DNA of 64,000 nt, taken from NCBI GenBank assembly GCA_964597575.1, contig CAZQXB010000001.1:206792-270791 (forward strand), written 5' to 3'. The notes under the pieces are model-generated. The model searched no databases. It was not told where the DNA came from and worked only from the letters and a program-made list of their open reading frames with translations. Of the stretch, positions 29,132-38,938 are shown one piece after another (positions within the stretch are counted from its first letter, which is position 1; the number at the start of each line of letters is the position of its first letter). Source of the DNA: an uncultured Gammaproteobacteria bacterium (GTDB lineage: Bacteria > Patescibacteriota > Patescibacteriia > Magasanikbacterales > UBA922). The position numbers and the translations under genes were made by a program.

Positions 29132-29974
29132 ATGCCTGTCACACGTCCGGGAGGTCAAGGAGCTCCACTGCTCCACCATGTTCACCATGGAATTGTGGGT
29201 CATAATTTTGGTCGAAAAATTATTCTAACGTTAGTCGGTGTTCTACTTGCATACGGCATTGTTTTGTTTGGAACAATGATTCGTAACAACCTCCGTCAGT
29301 TTGAGGTGATTGGGTACGCTCCCCGACAAGAAAGAAGCATTCGAATCGAGTCTGAGGGTAAGGTGACGGTAAAGCCAGATATTGGTTTAACAACCATTGG
29401 CATGGTGGCTGAGGGTAAGACTGTGGCTGAAGCCCAAGAAAAGAATAGTAAAGTTATTACTGATTTAGTGACTAAAGCAAAGGCTTTGGGAATTGCTGAA
29501 GCGGATATCCAGACCGCAAATTATAATATTTATCCAAAATATCGCTATTCAGAAAAAGAAGGCCAGGTACTTGATGGATATCAGGTGAATCAAAGTGTCG
29601 CCGTAAAAATTCGTGATTTAACTAAGGCAAATAGCGTCATTGCCCTTGCTGGAGAAGTGGGAGCGAACACCGTAAGTGGGCTTGATTTTACAATTGATGA
29701 CCGTGATGCGTATGTCGATGCAGCTCGGAGGGTGGCCATGGAAAAATTAGGTGAAAAAGCCGCCATGCTTTCGGAAACCCTTGGGGTAGACTTAGTGAGC
29801 GTGGTATCCTATGATGAATATGAGCAGGGTCAAAACAACCCCTCACCCTTTTATCGTGCGTCAAACATTGCCGTTGAGATGGATGCTGCTGGCGGAATGA
29901 AGGCGTCAACTGGGGTTGAAACGGGAAGTACGGACGTTATTCTTCATATTGCTGTCGTATTCGAAATTCGCTAA
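29132..29974 (+). CDS. SIMPL/DUF541-domain protein (26-kDa periplasmic immunogenic protein family) with an N-terminal TM anchor.
   Basis: The domain layout and conserved stretches (GYQVNQSVAVKIRDL ... VSGLDFTIDD) fit SIMPL. The start was chosen at MPVTRPGG, downstream of a TGnTATACT element at 29088-29099. Confidence 0.65.
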   Translation: MPVTRPGGQGAPLLHHVHHGIVGHNFGRKIILTLVGVLLAYGIVLFGTMIRNNLRQFEVIGYAPRQERSIRIESEGKVTVKPDIGLTTIGMVAEGKTVAEAQEKNSKVITDLVTKAKALGIAEADIQTANYNIYPKYRYSEKEGQVLDGYQVNQSVAVKIRDLTKANSVIALAGEVGANTVSGLDFTIDDRDAYVDAARRVAMEKLGEKAAMLSETLGVDLVSVVSYDEYEQGQNNPSPFYRASNIAVEMDAAGGMKASTGVETGSTDVILHIAVVFEIR

Positions 29975-30004
29975 AAACAGTTTAAATTTTGATGTTTCGA
30001 TTGT

Positions 30005-33000
30005 ATGAGAGGTGAGTTTTTTGAGAAAGTTTTGGTGGGGTGCGCTATTGTCGTTTTCGGCAGCGTCTTTGCGTTCGGGGTAAACTCAACCCTTCGTGCT
30101 CAAACCGCATCATGCCCACTACAAACCTTACTTCCTTATAAAACCCCTCAAAGTTCCGCTGTCTACTACGTCTCAAAAGATTGTAAAAAAAGGCCAATTC
30201 GAAATCCTGCAGTTTACTTTTCTCACTTTTCCTCTTGGAGAGACGTTCGTGTAACGAGTCAAACCGTTTTGAATCGTATTCCCGATCATGAATTATCCTT
30301 TTTGCCCTGGGGACCGAGACGGGTTTATGAAAATGGATCCTTAGTAAAAACTGTCGACGACTCCCGAGTGTTTATTATTCTCGATGGAATTCGTCTGTAT
30401 CCGATTGAATCAGAATTCGCTTTTCGTTCTGTTTTGGGATACTCATTTGATCAGGTGGAGGATGTGACACGTAATGTCATTGACCGGTATATTGTTCAAT
30501 CGACCCCGATTGAATCTCTGGAGACCATCCCTCCTTTTCTGGTATTTAAGTACCCAAATGATGCGAAAGTGTACGCTCTTGAAAGAGATGGTGAGGATTT
30601 GGCGAAGCGGTATGTATCTTCTTTTGCTCAGATTCGTCAGAATAATTTTCGTGCAGATCGTATCGCTACAATCCCAACAACACGGACTTTTGTTGATTCG
30701 GTTGGGTCGGCGCCACCGGCGCGACCATTGCCGCAGCCAGCACCAGTACCTACACCAACACCTGTCCCTCCGCCTTCTCCTCTTGTTCAAATTGTACCTG
30801 TACCGGTCCCAGTACCAGTTCCCGTACCAGTTCCAACACCGGTACCGGGAGTCGTTCCTCCAGTCGTGCCACCGCCTGCAACTCCGCCACCTGTGGTTCC
30901 TCCTCCTGCAACCCCAACCCCAACTCCGGTACCCATCACGCCAAATCCACCACCACCTGCGCCAACTCCAAGCCCTTCGTCGGCCCTGTCAGCAGATCCA
31001 TCCCTTAGTGATGAATTTAATTCTGCCTCAACGCTCGGTAATTGGACGATGATGAACAACGACCTTCTTTCATCTGTAAATATTGGAACTACTGTTGCGG
31101 GGAGACTGACCATGGTTTCTGCGCCTATTGATCAAAATGGGTGGTATTCCGATCGGCAGGGCGCGTACATGTATAAAACTGTCTCTGGAAATTTTGTGGT
31201 GGAAATGTCTGGACGTGTGGGGAGAAACAGCGACATGAATTCGGTGCCTTCTGGAACATTTAAGGAGGCGGGTATCATTGTCCGAAACCCCTCTGGCCCA
31301 GTTCGTCAAAGCGGAAGTTTGACTACCGCTGTTGCTCCGGCAGGGCAGCAGAATTGGGTCATGTATAATATTGGAAAACAAATTTTTCAGTATGGACGTC
31401 AGGCGAAAAGTACCCGATCAGGAAGCCCAGATACGCTTTCCACGCTTTACTACACCGACACTCCTTCTGGAGTGCGAAACGGGAGAATTCGGGTTTGTCG
31501 CGTTGGAACAACGATATATTTCTACCACATGATGGAGAACGAGTCGACGTGGGTAGAGGAGGCGTTTGAGAGCACGACTGGGGTTGATGGTAACGGTCGT
31601 AATTTAGCAACACCTGGAATTAGTGGTAATGCAGTAGGGACTCCGATCCGTTTTGTTCGGAGTGATTTTCCAACGACACTTCAAGTAGGGCTCATTGCTG
31701 GAAACTGGGATAGTCCGTATGACGGGAGGTCCGAGTTTGATTATGTGCGCATTGCACCAGTAAGCACTCAAAGTGATTGTACCCGAGATATGCCCGCTGC
31801 TGGAACGACCACCCCACCCCCTCCACCACCAGCACCAACATCCCTCCCTGCGATTAGTGGCTTTGGTGACGAGTTTGCAGACGCAGCGACCTTATCACAG
31901 TGGTCAAACAGACAAACTGTTGAAGGGGGAGCTTCGCAAATTTCTACTTGGAATATTAATACCACAGCAGCTGGTGCCATGGTGCTTACTCCATCTGCTA
32001 ATGTTGGGTGGTTTAATTCTTTGGTCGGTCCATTTATTTATAAACAAATTTCCGGTGATTTCGTTGTTACAACGCAAGTTTTAGCAAGAAGTGTCGCTTC
32101 TGCCAACCAGGCTCCATCGCAAGTTTCGAATGCGGCTGGGCTTTTGGTTCGAAATCCAGCGAGCGCAAGCGGGATTCAGAACTGGGTGACGAATAATGTG
32201 GGAACACACAATGGGGCGGTAGTCGGAACGACAAATCTGAGTACTGTTAATAGCTTAACGAATTCAGTGACAGCGACGGCCGGTCAATTTTCCGTTGCTC
32301 TCCGTATTTGTCGCATCGGTTCAACTATTAGAACCTACATCTCTCAGGATAATGAGCAAAGCTGGACACTCACAAACACTATTACCCGATCTGATTTTCC
32401 GACCACCCTTCAGGTGGGTATGATGGCTGTGGCTGCAAGTTCGGTTGCAGACATTCGCGCAGAATTTGCCTATATTCGTTCCGCTGTTCCTTCATCTGTA
32501 AGTGACTGTACAGAAACAATTGATCCTGCGATTTCAACTGGCGGTACGACACCAACCCCGCCACCTCCGCCACCTGCTCCACCTACAACCCCGCCACCTC
32601 CGCCACCTGCTTCAGTTTCTGCGATTAGTGGTTTTGGCGATGAGTTTGCAGACGCTGGTACCTTGTCCCAGTGGTCGAACAGACAAACCGTAGAAGGTTC
32701 AGTGTCTCAACTTACCACATGGGACATCAACAACAGTGCCTCGGGTGCGATGGCGCTCACTCCTTCACAAGGGAATATTCCTTGGTATAACTCTTCTGTT
32801 GGTCCATTTATCTACAAACAAATTTCTGGAGATTTCGTGGTATCAACACAGGTATTGGCGCGAAGTTTGAATTCACCAAGTCAGGGGCCAACCCAGCAGT
32901 ACAATGCAGCTGGTTTGTTGGTGCGTACTCCTGCAAGTGCTGCAGGTGTTCAGAACTGGGTGACGAATAATGTGGGTAATGTGAATGGTGTTATTGGAGT

Positions 33001-34105
33001 CGTAAATATTAACACATCAAATTCCGTATCAGGGGCAATTGTAAGTCAAGACTCTTCATTCTCTGCTGCTCTCCGTATTTGTCGCATCGGTTCAACTATT
33101 AGAACCTACATCTCTCAGGATAATGAGCAAAGCTGGACACTCACAAACACTATTACCCGATCTGATTTTCCGACCACCCTTCAGGTGGGTATGATGGCTG
33201 TGGCTGCAAGCAGCGGAAATGATTTGCGCGCTGAATTTTCCTATATTCGAGCCGGCTCCCCGACATCTGTAACAGACTGTACCGGAACTTTAGGTACTGC
33301 TGTGGCTTCCTCTCCATCGCCTGCGCCTACACCTCCTCCACCGGCACCCCCACCTCCACCACCAGCCAACCCACCACCTCCACCCCCACCACCTCCATCA
33401 GGTCCAGCCGCAATTTCTGGGTTTAGTGATGAGTTTAATAGCAATAGTACGATTGGGAATTGGACAAGCCGTCAAGTAGCTGAGGGTAGTGCAAATCAGA
33501 TTGCAACCTGGAACATCAATTCAACGGTTTCGGGCAACATGGTACTCATACCGGCAACAAATAACATCGCTTGGTATAATGCGCTCGTGGGGCCATTTAT
33601 CTATAAAAATGTTACAGGAAACTTTGTCGTGTCTCTTCGGCTCAATGCGCATAGTTTGAGTAACTCCGCAGCAAGTCCCGGTCAGATATACAATGCCGGG
33701 GGGCTTTTAGTGAGAAATCCATCTTCGGCCGGAAGTGCTACACAAAATTGGATAGAAATGGCTATTGGAAATCACGAGACAGCAAACGGTTTGGTAACAG
33801 TAAACACGACAAATTCAGCTACGCCGAATCTTAGTCCCATCGCCGGAGCAACGAACACAAGTGTTCGCATATGTCGTATTGGTTCAACATTTACTTTGTA
33901 CACCTCAACAGATAACGATCAGACGTGGAATTTGAGCGCAACGTATAACCGGTTCGATCTTCCGACAACGCTTCAGGTGGGTATGGTTGTTGTGGCGGCA
34001 AATGCTTCTGGAAGTCCAGATGTGCAGGTTGATTTTGATTATATCCGAGGGGTTGTGCCAACCTCATCTTCCGACTGTACGGCAGTCATTGGAGTCCAAT
34101 CATAA
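30005..34105 (+). CDS. Giant secreted protein B (1366 aa), paralogue of A. It has a signal peptide, the shared N-terminal module (about 230 aa) and a (PV)n/Pro-rich linker, then four tandem ConA-like (DUF1349/GH43-C-like) beta-jellyroll repeats each ending in ...SDCT.
   Basis: The N-terminal region aligns by eye with protein A (CPLxxLxPYKTxxSSAVxYxSxDC ... LPWGPRRVxExGSLxKTVDDxRxF ... LVFKYP ... ADRIAT). The repeats begin (L/I)SxFxDEF and end (E/D)FxYIRxxxPxSxSDCT. Confidence 0.85.
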   Translation: MRGEFFEKVLVGCAIVVFGSVFAFGVNSTLRAQTASCPLQTLLPYKTPQSSAVYYVSKDCKKRPIRNPAVYFSHFSSWRDVRVTSQTVLNRIPDHELSFLPWGPRRVYENGSLVKTVDDSRVFIILDGIRLYPIESEFAFRSVLGYSFDQVEDVTRNVIDRYIVQSTPIESLETIPPFLVFKYPNDAKVYALERDGEDLAKRYVSSFAQIRQNNFRADRIATIPTTRTFVDSVGSAPPARPLPQPAPVPTPTPVPPPSPLVQIVPVPVPVPVPVPVPTPVPGVVPPVVPPPATPPPVVPPPATPTPTPVPITPNPPPPAPTPSPSSALSADPSLSDEFNSASTLGNWTMMNNDLLSSVNIGTTVAGRLTMVSAPIDQNGWYSDRQGAYMYKTVSGNFVVEMSGRVGRNSDMNSVPSGTFKEAGIIVRNPSGPVRQSGSLTTAVAPAGQQNWVMYNIGKQIFQYGRQAKSTRSGSPDTLSTLYYTDTPSGVRNGRIRVCRVGTTIYFYHMMENESTWVEEAFESTTGVDGNGRNLATPGISGNAVGTPIRFVRSDFPTTLQVGLIAGNWDSPYDGRSEFDYVRIAPVSTQSDCTRDMPAAGTTTPPPPPPAPTSLPAISGFGDEFADAATLSQWSNRQTVEGGASQISTWNINTTAAGAMVLTPSANVGWFNSLVGPFIYKQISGDFVVTTQVLARSVASANQAPSQVSNAAGLLVRNPASASGIQNWVTNNVGTHNGAVVGTTNLSTVNSLTNSVTATAGQFSVALRICRIGSTIRTYISQDNEQSWTLTNTITRSDFPTTLQVGMMAVAASSVADIRAEFAYIRSAVPSSVSDCTETIDPAISTGGTTPTPPPPPPAPPTTPPPPPPASVSAISGFGDEFADAGTLSQWSNRQTVEGSVSQLTTWDINNSASGAMALTPSQGNIPWYNSSVGPFIYKQISGDFVVSTQVLARSLNSPSQGPTQQYNAAGLLVRTPASAAGVQNWVTNNVGNVNGVIGVVNINTSNSVSGAIVSQDSSFSAALRICRIGSTIRTYISQDNEQSWTLTNTITRSDFPTTLQVGMMAVAASSGNDLRAEFSYIRAGSPTSVTDCTGTLGTAVASSPSPAPTPPPPAPPPPPPANPPPPPPPPPSGPAAISGFSDEFNSNSTIGNWTSRQVAEGSANQIATWNINSTVSGNMVLIPATNNIAWYNALVGPFIYKNVTGNFVVSLRLNAHSLSNSAASPGQIYNAGGLLVRNPSSAGSATQNWIEMAIGNHETANGLVTVNTTNSATPNLSPIAGATNTSVRICRIGSTFTLYTSTDNDQTWNLSATYNRFDLPTTLQVGMVVVAANASGSPDVQVDFDYIRGVVPTSSSDCTAVIGVQS
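32299..32440. repeat. First copy of a perfect 142-bp direct repeat inside protein B (repeat units 2 and 3 of the jellyroll array).
   Basis: ctccgtatttgtcgcatcggttcaactattagaacctacatctctcagg...atgatggctgtggctgcaag is identical to 33071-33212. Confidence 0.8.
33071..33212. repeat. Second copy of the perfect 142-bp direct repeat inside protein B.
   Basis: Identical to 32299-32440. The flanks are about 85% identical. Confidence 0.8.
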
Positions 34106-34130
34106 AAGACAGAAGATAAAGATAAGAAAA

Positions 34131-34158
34131 AAGGTGTTTCCCACCTTTTTTCTTTTTA
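34131..34158 (+). terminator. Rho-independent terminator after giant protein B.
   Basis: AAGGTG-tttcc-CACCTT hairpin followed by TTTTTCTTTTT. Confidence 0.5.
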
Positions 34159-34189
34159 TGTTATGATATGTTCAATAATATTCATATCT

Positions 34190-35434
34190 ATGGAAAAAAT
34201 AAAACGCATTGCAGCTCGTGAAATTCTTGATTCTCGTGGAAATCCAACCCTCGAAACAACTCTTTTTTTGGAAAACGGAGGTCGGGTTGCAGCCTCAGTG
34301 CCAAGTGGAGCGTCGACCGGTTCCTATGAAGCGCACGAGTTGCGTGATGGGGGTAAACGATATGGGGGAAAAGGGGTGCAAAAGGCAGTAGATCATGTGA
34401 ATCGGGTGATCGGACCAAAAATTATTGGTTTTTCTGTAACCGACCAGGCAGGTATTGATCAGGAACTACTCCACCTTGACGGGACGAAGGAAAAGAAGAG
34501 GCTCGGTGCCAATGCGCTTTTGTCGGTATCTCTTGCTGCGGCTCGGGGCGGAGCTCTTGCTGAAGGGCTACCACTGTATCGGTATTTACGCGATAAATCT
34601 GGTTTAAGGGAGCGAGGGTGGCGCATGCCACAGCCCATGATGAATGTGATTAATGGTGGCCGACACGCGACGAATGGTCTTTCGGTTCAAGAATTTATGA
34701 TTCTGCCAAAACATCGGAATGTGGTGGAGCAGGTGAGAATTGGTTCAGAAGTATTCCATGCGTTGTCGCGTCTGCTTGAGAAAAAACGATATGCTACTGG
34801 GGTTGGTGATGAAGGAGGGTTTGCGCCGGCATTTCCCGAAAATGAATCTGCGTTAAAGTTTCTCATGACTGCAGTGAAGGAGGCCGGCTATACTCCTGGT
34901 GTGCATGTGGTTTTTGCTCTTGATGTGGCGGCGTCTGAGTTCCATAGCCGACGCGGATATTTGTTTGAAGGGAAGCGTCCTATCTCTTCCGAAAAAATGC
35001 TTCAGGCCTTTTCTGTTTGGATGAAGAAATATCCTTTGGTTTCCATTGAAGATCCGTTTGCTGAGGATGATTGGTCTCCGTGGGTCGAAATGACGAAAAA
35101 ATATGGTTCGCGCCTTGCGATTGTTGGGGATGACCTGTTTGTTACGAATATCGATCGTTTAGGGGAGGGAATAAAACAAGGTGCTGCAAATACTATTTTA
35201 ATCAAACCAAATCAAATTGGAACATTAAGCGAAACATTTGCGACGATTCGACAGGCAAAATCGGCAGGGTATCGTGTCATTGTATCTCATCGTTCTGGGG
35301 AGACTGCTGATACGTTTATTGCGGATTTGGCGGTAGCGGTGCATGCGGACGGCTTAAAAGCCGGTTCACTGTCTCGGAGTGAGCGGGTAGAAAAGTATAA
35401 CCGACTGATGCAAATCTCCCTCGAAGTAGGTTAA
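34190..35434 (+). CDS. eno: Enolase (phosphopyruvate hydratase).
   Basis: MEKIKRIAAREILDSRGNPTLE... is a canonical enolase N-terminus, and the protein is full-length. The start was set at MEKIK. Confidence 0.95.
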   Translation: MEKIKRIAAREILDSRGNPTLETTLFLENGGRVAASVPSGASTGSYEAHELRDGGKRYGGKGVQKAVDHVNRVIGPKIIGFSVTDQAGIDQELLHLDGTKEKKRLGANALLSVSLAAARGGALAEGLPLYRYLRDKSGLRERGWRMPQPMMNVINGGRHATNGLSVQEFMILPKHRNVVEQVRIGSEVFHALSRLLEKKRYATGVGDEGGFAPAFPENESALKFLMTAVKEAGYTPGVHVVFALDVAASEFHSRRGYLFEGKRPISSEKMLQAFSVWMKKYPLVSIEDPFAEDDWSPWVEMTKKYGSRLAIVGDDLFVTNIDRLGEGIKQGAANTILIKPNQIGTLSETFATIRQAKSAGYRVIVSHRSGETADTFIADLAVAVHADGLKAGSLSRSERVEKYNRLMQISLEVG

Positions 35435-35518
35435 GAGGGTTTATGCACATACCTGTTAGGGGTATGTGTGCTATACTATATAAGCATTAGCTTCTTGATT
35501 TTTTTAGTAGATTTTTCT

Positions 35519-38500
35519 ATGGTTTTATTTCGGAAACCTTTTTTGCATATTTCATGGAGTCGTGTTGCGGCTCTGATATTTTTTCTTTCTATAGCGGGGG
35601 TTCTTTTTTTTGCACGCACTCTCCCTGCACTTGTTGCTGTAAATACATGGCCATTTGATACTGCTGGGGATTATACATACAATACTTCCCTTGTCGATGT
35701 AACCGGTGGAGTTGCTACACTTGTAGCAATAACCGGGGGTACCACGACCACAAATCATAATGATAACGGAAGCACAGAATTTGGTGGGGGGACTTCAACA
35801 AGCATCCAGTGGGTGAGTGCCTCAAGTTCACTCCGGATATCGTCGGGAGTAAGTGGTACTTTTACTTCGGTTGTTATTGATGCCGGAGTAACAACCACCT
35901 GGCAAACATTGGCGTGGACACCTTTTGCCCCTTACGGAAAAGAACTTGTTACAAGTACTGCGGAAACTCAGTATAGTTTTGGTAACTTTACAAATACCGG
36001 CGCGATAGCAGCATACTGGCGTTTGAATGAATCGAGTTGGAATGGTACGACAAACGAAGTTCAAAACGCTGTTTCAACGACCTTGCATGGCTCGCGTCGT
36101 GGGGGTGCGACGACAAGCGGTACGGCCCAATTTGGGCGTTCCGGGTCCTTTCCTTTAGCAAATACGTCGTATGTTCATGTAACAACTACAAACTTTTTGG
36201 CAGATTCTCAGTCGGGTACGATTATGGCGTGGATTTTTCCAACAAGTACCGGTGGGGGAACATTCCGTCATTTTTTTGCCTCAACTGATGAGTCGACATC
36301 CGATGGTAACGGCAATCGCGTTGTTTTGGGAATGCTTGATTCTGCAAATCAGTTATTATTCTACCATGCAGATGGTTCTGGTTTTGATTCAAATATCGGA
36401 AATACGGTGATGGCAGCAAATGAGTGGCATCATGTTGCTATTACTAATAGCGGGGCAGCAAACGGCTATCGTATGTATGTTGATGGGGTTCTGCAAACAC
36501 TAACTACTTTCGGTGGGGGAAATTCCGGTGATTGGTTTGCTGATGCAAATGGTTCTGGGGCCACAAATAGAGATAACATCACAATTGGTGGTATACGTCA
36601 TATTACACCTGACCTTTTGTTTGATGGTCTTGTTGATGAGTTGGTGATATTTTCACAAGAATTATCCACCTCAACGATTCGTGACCTTTACCGCCGTGGA
36701 GCACAGCGCTTGAGTTTTCAGGTTCGTTCCTGTGATGATAGTGCATGCAGCGGGGAAACGTTTACAGGCCCAGATGGCACGGCTGCGAGTTACTATACAG
36801 AATCTACCACCACAACGGTTGGCCTACCGTCGAAGAGTTTAATCACTCTCCCAGCTAATCGATATTTTCAGTATCAGACACTATTTAACACAACTTCAAC
36901 CGAACTTTCTCCTGGACTTCTTAGTGTTACAACTACAGGTTTTGCCACAACAACCTACTCCACAACAAGTCCAACGATTATAAATAATACGGGTTTCAGT
37001 TTTAGAAATATTTCTGCGTTTACACATTCACTCGGCGCTGGGAATGCTGGTACGGTGGAGTATCAGGTAGCTGTTGGGAACACCTCTACATTCTATTACT
37101 GGAATGGGAGCAATTGGGTTACAGCAAGCGCCGGATATCCAACGCACACCAATACGGTTTCAGAAGTAAATTCAAACATTATTCAGCTTGATACTGATGT
37201 CGGTGTTGGCACCTTCTACTTTCGCGCCTTTCTCGCTTCGAACGGAGCGCAGCAGGTTCAGCTTTCAGAGGTTGCGATCATGACAACGTCAACCATTTCT
37301 TTCGCGGCAAGCAGTGGTTCAGCAAGTGAAGGAAGTGGTACGAGTACGATTGTTGTTCAGCTTGATGAAGTTTCTTCGAGTACGATGACGGTTAATTATG
37401 CGGTTACCGGAGGAACAGCAACTGCGACAAGTGATTATGTTCTTGCAAGTGGTACTTCTACTATTGCGGCTGGAAGCACAACAACAAGTATTAGTATTCA
37501 GCTTGTCGATGACTCTGTTATCGACGGGAGTGAGACTGTCATCCTCACACTTACAAATGCGATCGGAGGGCTTCTTGGGTCAACCACAACATTTACCTTA
37601 ACCATTACCGATAATGATACTGCAGGGGTGACACTCAATCCTTCTTCTGTTTCTGTAACAGAAGGTGGTTCGGATACTTCGTATACTATTGTTTTGAATA
37701 CTCAGCCATCGAGTACTGTAAGTATTACACTTGCCACCTCAACAGGCGATATTTCTTTGTCGACTACCTCAATTACATTTACTACAAGTACTTGGAATTC
37801 TGCGCAGACGATTACGGTTACTCCTGTAAATGATAGTGATGTTGAGGGTACACACTCTGATACTATCACCCATACCGCAAGTTCAACCGATTCGAATTAT
37901 CATGCCATTTCGATTTCTAATATGTCGGTGAGTGTTACTGATGATGATGCATCATCTTCTTCTGGAGGCGGAGGCGGAGGCGGAGGTGGTGGTTCATTTA
38001 TTCCTACGACACCAGCACCTCAGGGCTTTGGCGGAACTGGTAATGGGGAAATTCGAGCAGGGGAGGGAGCGGCGACAAACCTCCCTGTTTCCGAAGGTTC
38101 CTTCATTGATGCTACTAATCGAGCGGTAACAATATCGTTTGCTGTGGAAGGTGCGACTCGCATGGCGCTTTCAAACCAACCTGATTTTGCGCTGGCTACT
38201 CAAGAGCCGTATCGTCCGAGCGTCATTTGGGACGTGTGTGGGAATTCGACCGTATGTCCTGAGGGTATTTATACTCTGTATGCACGATTTTATAACAGCT
38301 ACGGAGTTTCTGGAAATGTTATTTCCCGCCAAATTCGATATCGACCAACTTCAAGCTCGGTTACCCTATCACCTAGCTTAGTTCGACTTTTGAAGTCTGC
38401 TGATGACCCTAAAGTGTTCGAGGTTATTAATGGTGAAAAGCGCTGGCTTGTAAACGAACAGGCGTTTCTTTCGCGAGGGTATTCATGGGGGGCGATTGAG

Positions 38501-38836
38501 GTGGTTCCCTCAAGTGTTCTTCGGGCGTTGCCAGATGCGGGCCAAATTTCAACTCCTGCATTATTACCACCTACAAATAGGTCAATTTCACCCGCGTTCC
38601 GTTTCTCTTCATATCTTTCGTTTGGCTCGCAGGGAGCGGCCGTTCGAAGCTTGCAGGTTCTTCTTGTGGATTTAGGGTACTTCCCTAGAACCGTTCAGCC
38701 AAATGGTGTATTTGGTCCAACTACCCGTGGGGCCGTACAGGCGTTTCAGCGTGCTAACGGTCTTACTCCAATTGGTGTTGTTGGTCCGCAGACTCGCGCG
38801 CTCCTCAACGGAATTTTAAGTGCAAGAGGGGAATAG
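35519..38836 (+). CDS. Giant cell-envelope protein C with an N-terminal TM anchor and a LamG-like (ConA-like) jellyroll domain. Calx-beta domains, a poly-Gly linker, a domain of unknown fold and a C-terminal peptidoglycan-binding (PG_binding_1-like) domain follow.
   Basis: LamG_3 signature ...WHHVAITNSGAANGYRMYVDGVLQ...DELVIFSQELS. Calx-beta signatures (TISFAASSGSASEGSGTSTIVVQLDEVSSSTMTVNYAVTGGTATATSDYVLASGT...; ITDNDTAGV...). G(n) run. C-terminal ...GAAVRSLQVLLVDLGYFP...GVFGPTTRGAVQAFQRANGLTPIGVVGPQTRALL. Confidence 0.8.
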   Translation: MVLFRKPFLHISWSRVAALIFFLSIAGVLFFARTLPALVAVNTWPFDTAGDYTYNTSLVDVTGGVATLVAITGGTTTTNHNDNGSTEFGGGTSTSIQWVSASSSLRISSGVSGTFTSVVIDAGVTTTWQTLAWTPFAPYGKELVTSTAETQYSFGNFTNTGAIAAYWRLNESSWNGTTNEVQNAVSTTLHGSRRGGATTSGTAQFGRSGSFPLANTSYVHVTTTNFLADSQSGTIMAWIFPTSTGGGTFRHFFASTDESTSDGNGNRVVLGMLDSANQLLFYHADGSGFDSNIGNTVMAANEWHHVAITNSGAANGYRMYVDGVLQTLTTFGGGNSGDWFADANGSGATNRDNITIGGIRHITPDLLFDGLVDELVIFSQELSTSTIRDLYRRGAQRLSFQVRSCDDSACSGETFTGPDGTAASYYTESTTTTVGLPSKSLITLPANRYFQYQTLFNTTSTELSPGLLSVTTTGFATTTYSTTSPTIINNTGFSFRNISAFTHSLGAGNAGTVEYQVAVGNTSTFYYWNGSNWVTASAGYPTHTNTVSEVNSNIIQLDTDVGVGTFYFRAFLASNGAQQVQLSEVAIMTTSTISFAASSGSASEGSGTSTIVVQLDEVSSSTMTVNYAVTGGTATATSDYVLASGTSTIAAGSTTTSISIQLVDDSVIDGSETVILTLTNAIGGLLGSTTTFTLTITDNDTAGVTLNPSSVSVTEGGSDTSYTIVLNTQPSSTVSITLATSTGDISLSTTSITFTTSTWNSAQTITVTPVNDSDVEGTHSDTITHTASSTDSNYHAISISNMSVSVTDDDASSSSGGGGGGGGGGSFIPTTPAPQGFGGTGNGEIRAGEGAATNLPVSEGSFIDATNRAVTISFAVEGATRMALSNQPDFALATQEPYRPSVIWDVCGNSTVCPEGIYTLYARFYNSYGVSGNVISRQIRYRPTSSSVTLSPSLVRLLKSADDPKVFEVINGEKRWLVNEQAFLSRGYSWGAIEVVPSSVLRALPDAGQISTPALLPPTNRSISPAFRFSSYLSFGSQGAAVRSLQVLLVDLGYFPRTVQPNGVFGPTTRGAVQAFQRANGLTPIGVVGPQTRALLNGILSARGE

Positions 38837-38852
38837 CTGAATGTTTTATCGC

Positions 38853-38888
38853 AACAGAAAAGAACTCTATATAGAGTTCTTTTCTGTT
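38853..38888. terminator. Long perfect palindrome / bidirectional terminator candidate after protein C.
   Basis: AACAGAAAAGAACTCTAT|ATAGAGTTCTTTTCTGTT (18-bp arms). Confidence 0.5.
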
Positions 38889-38938
38889 GCCGGATGATAT
38901 GCTTGTACGTTATACTGTGGCATAGTCCCTATAAAATT

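Noticed and set aside
30474-31113. Alternative-frame ORFs (192 aa on the plus strand, 108 aa on the minus strand) within the Pro-rich linker of protein B
   Set aside because: Low-complexity Pro/Gly codon runs generate stop-free alternative frames. The primary frame is continuous with conserved flanking domains.
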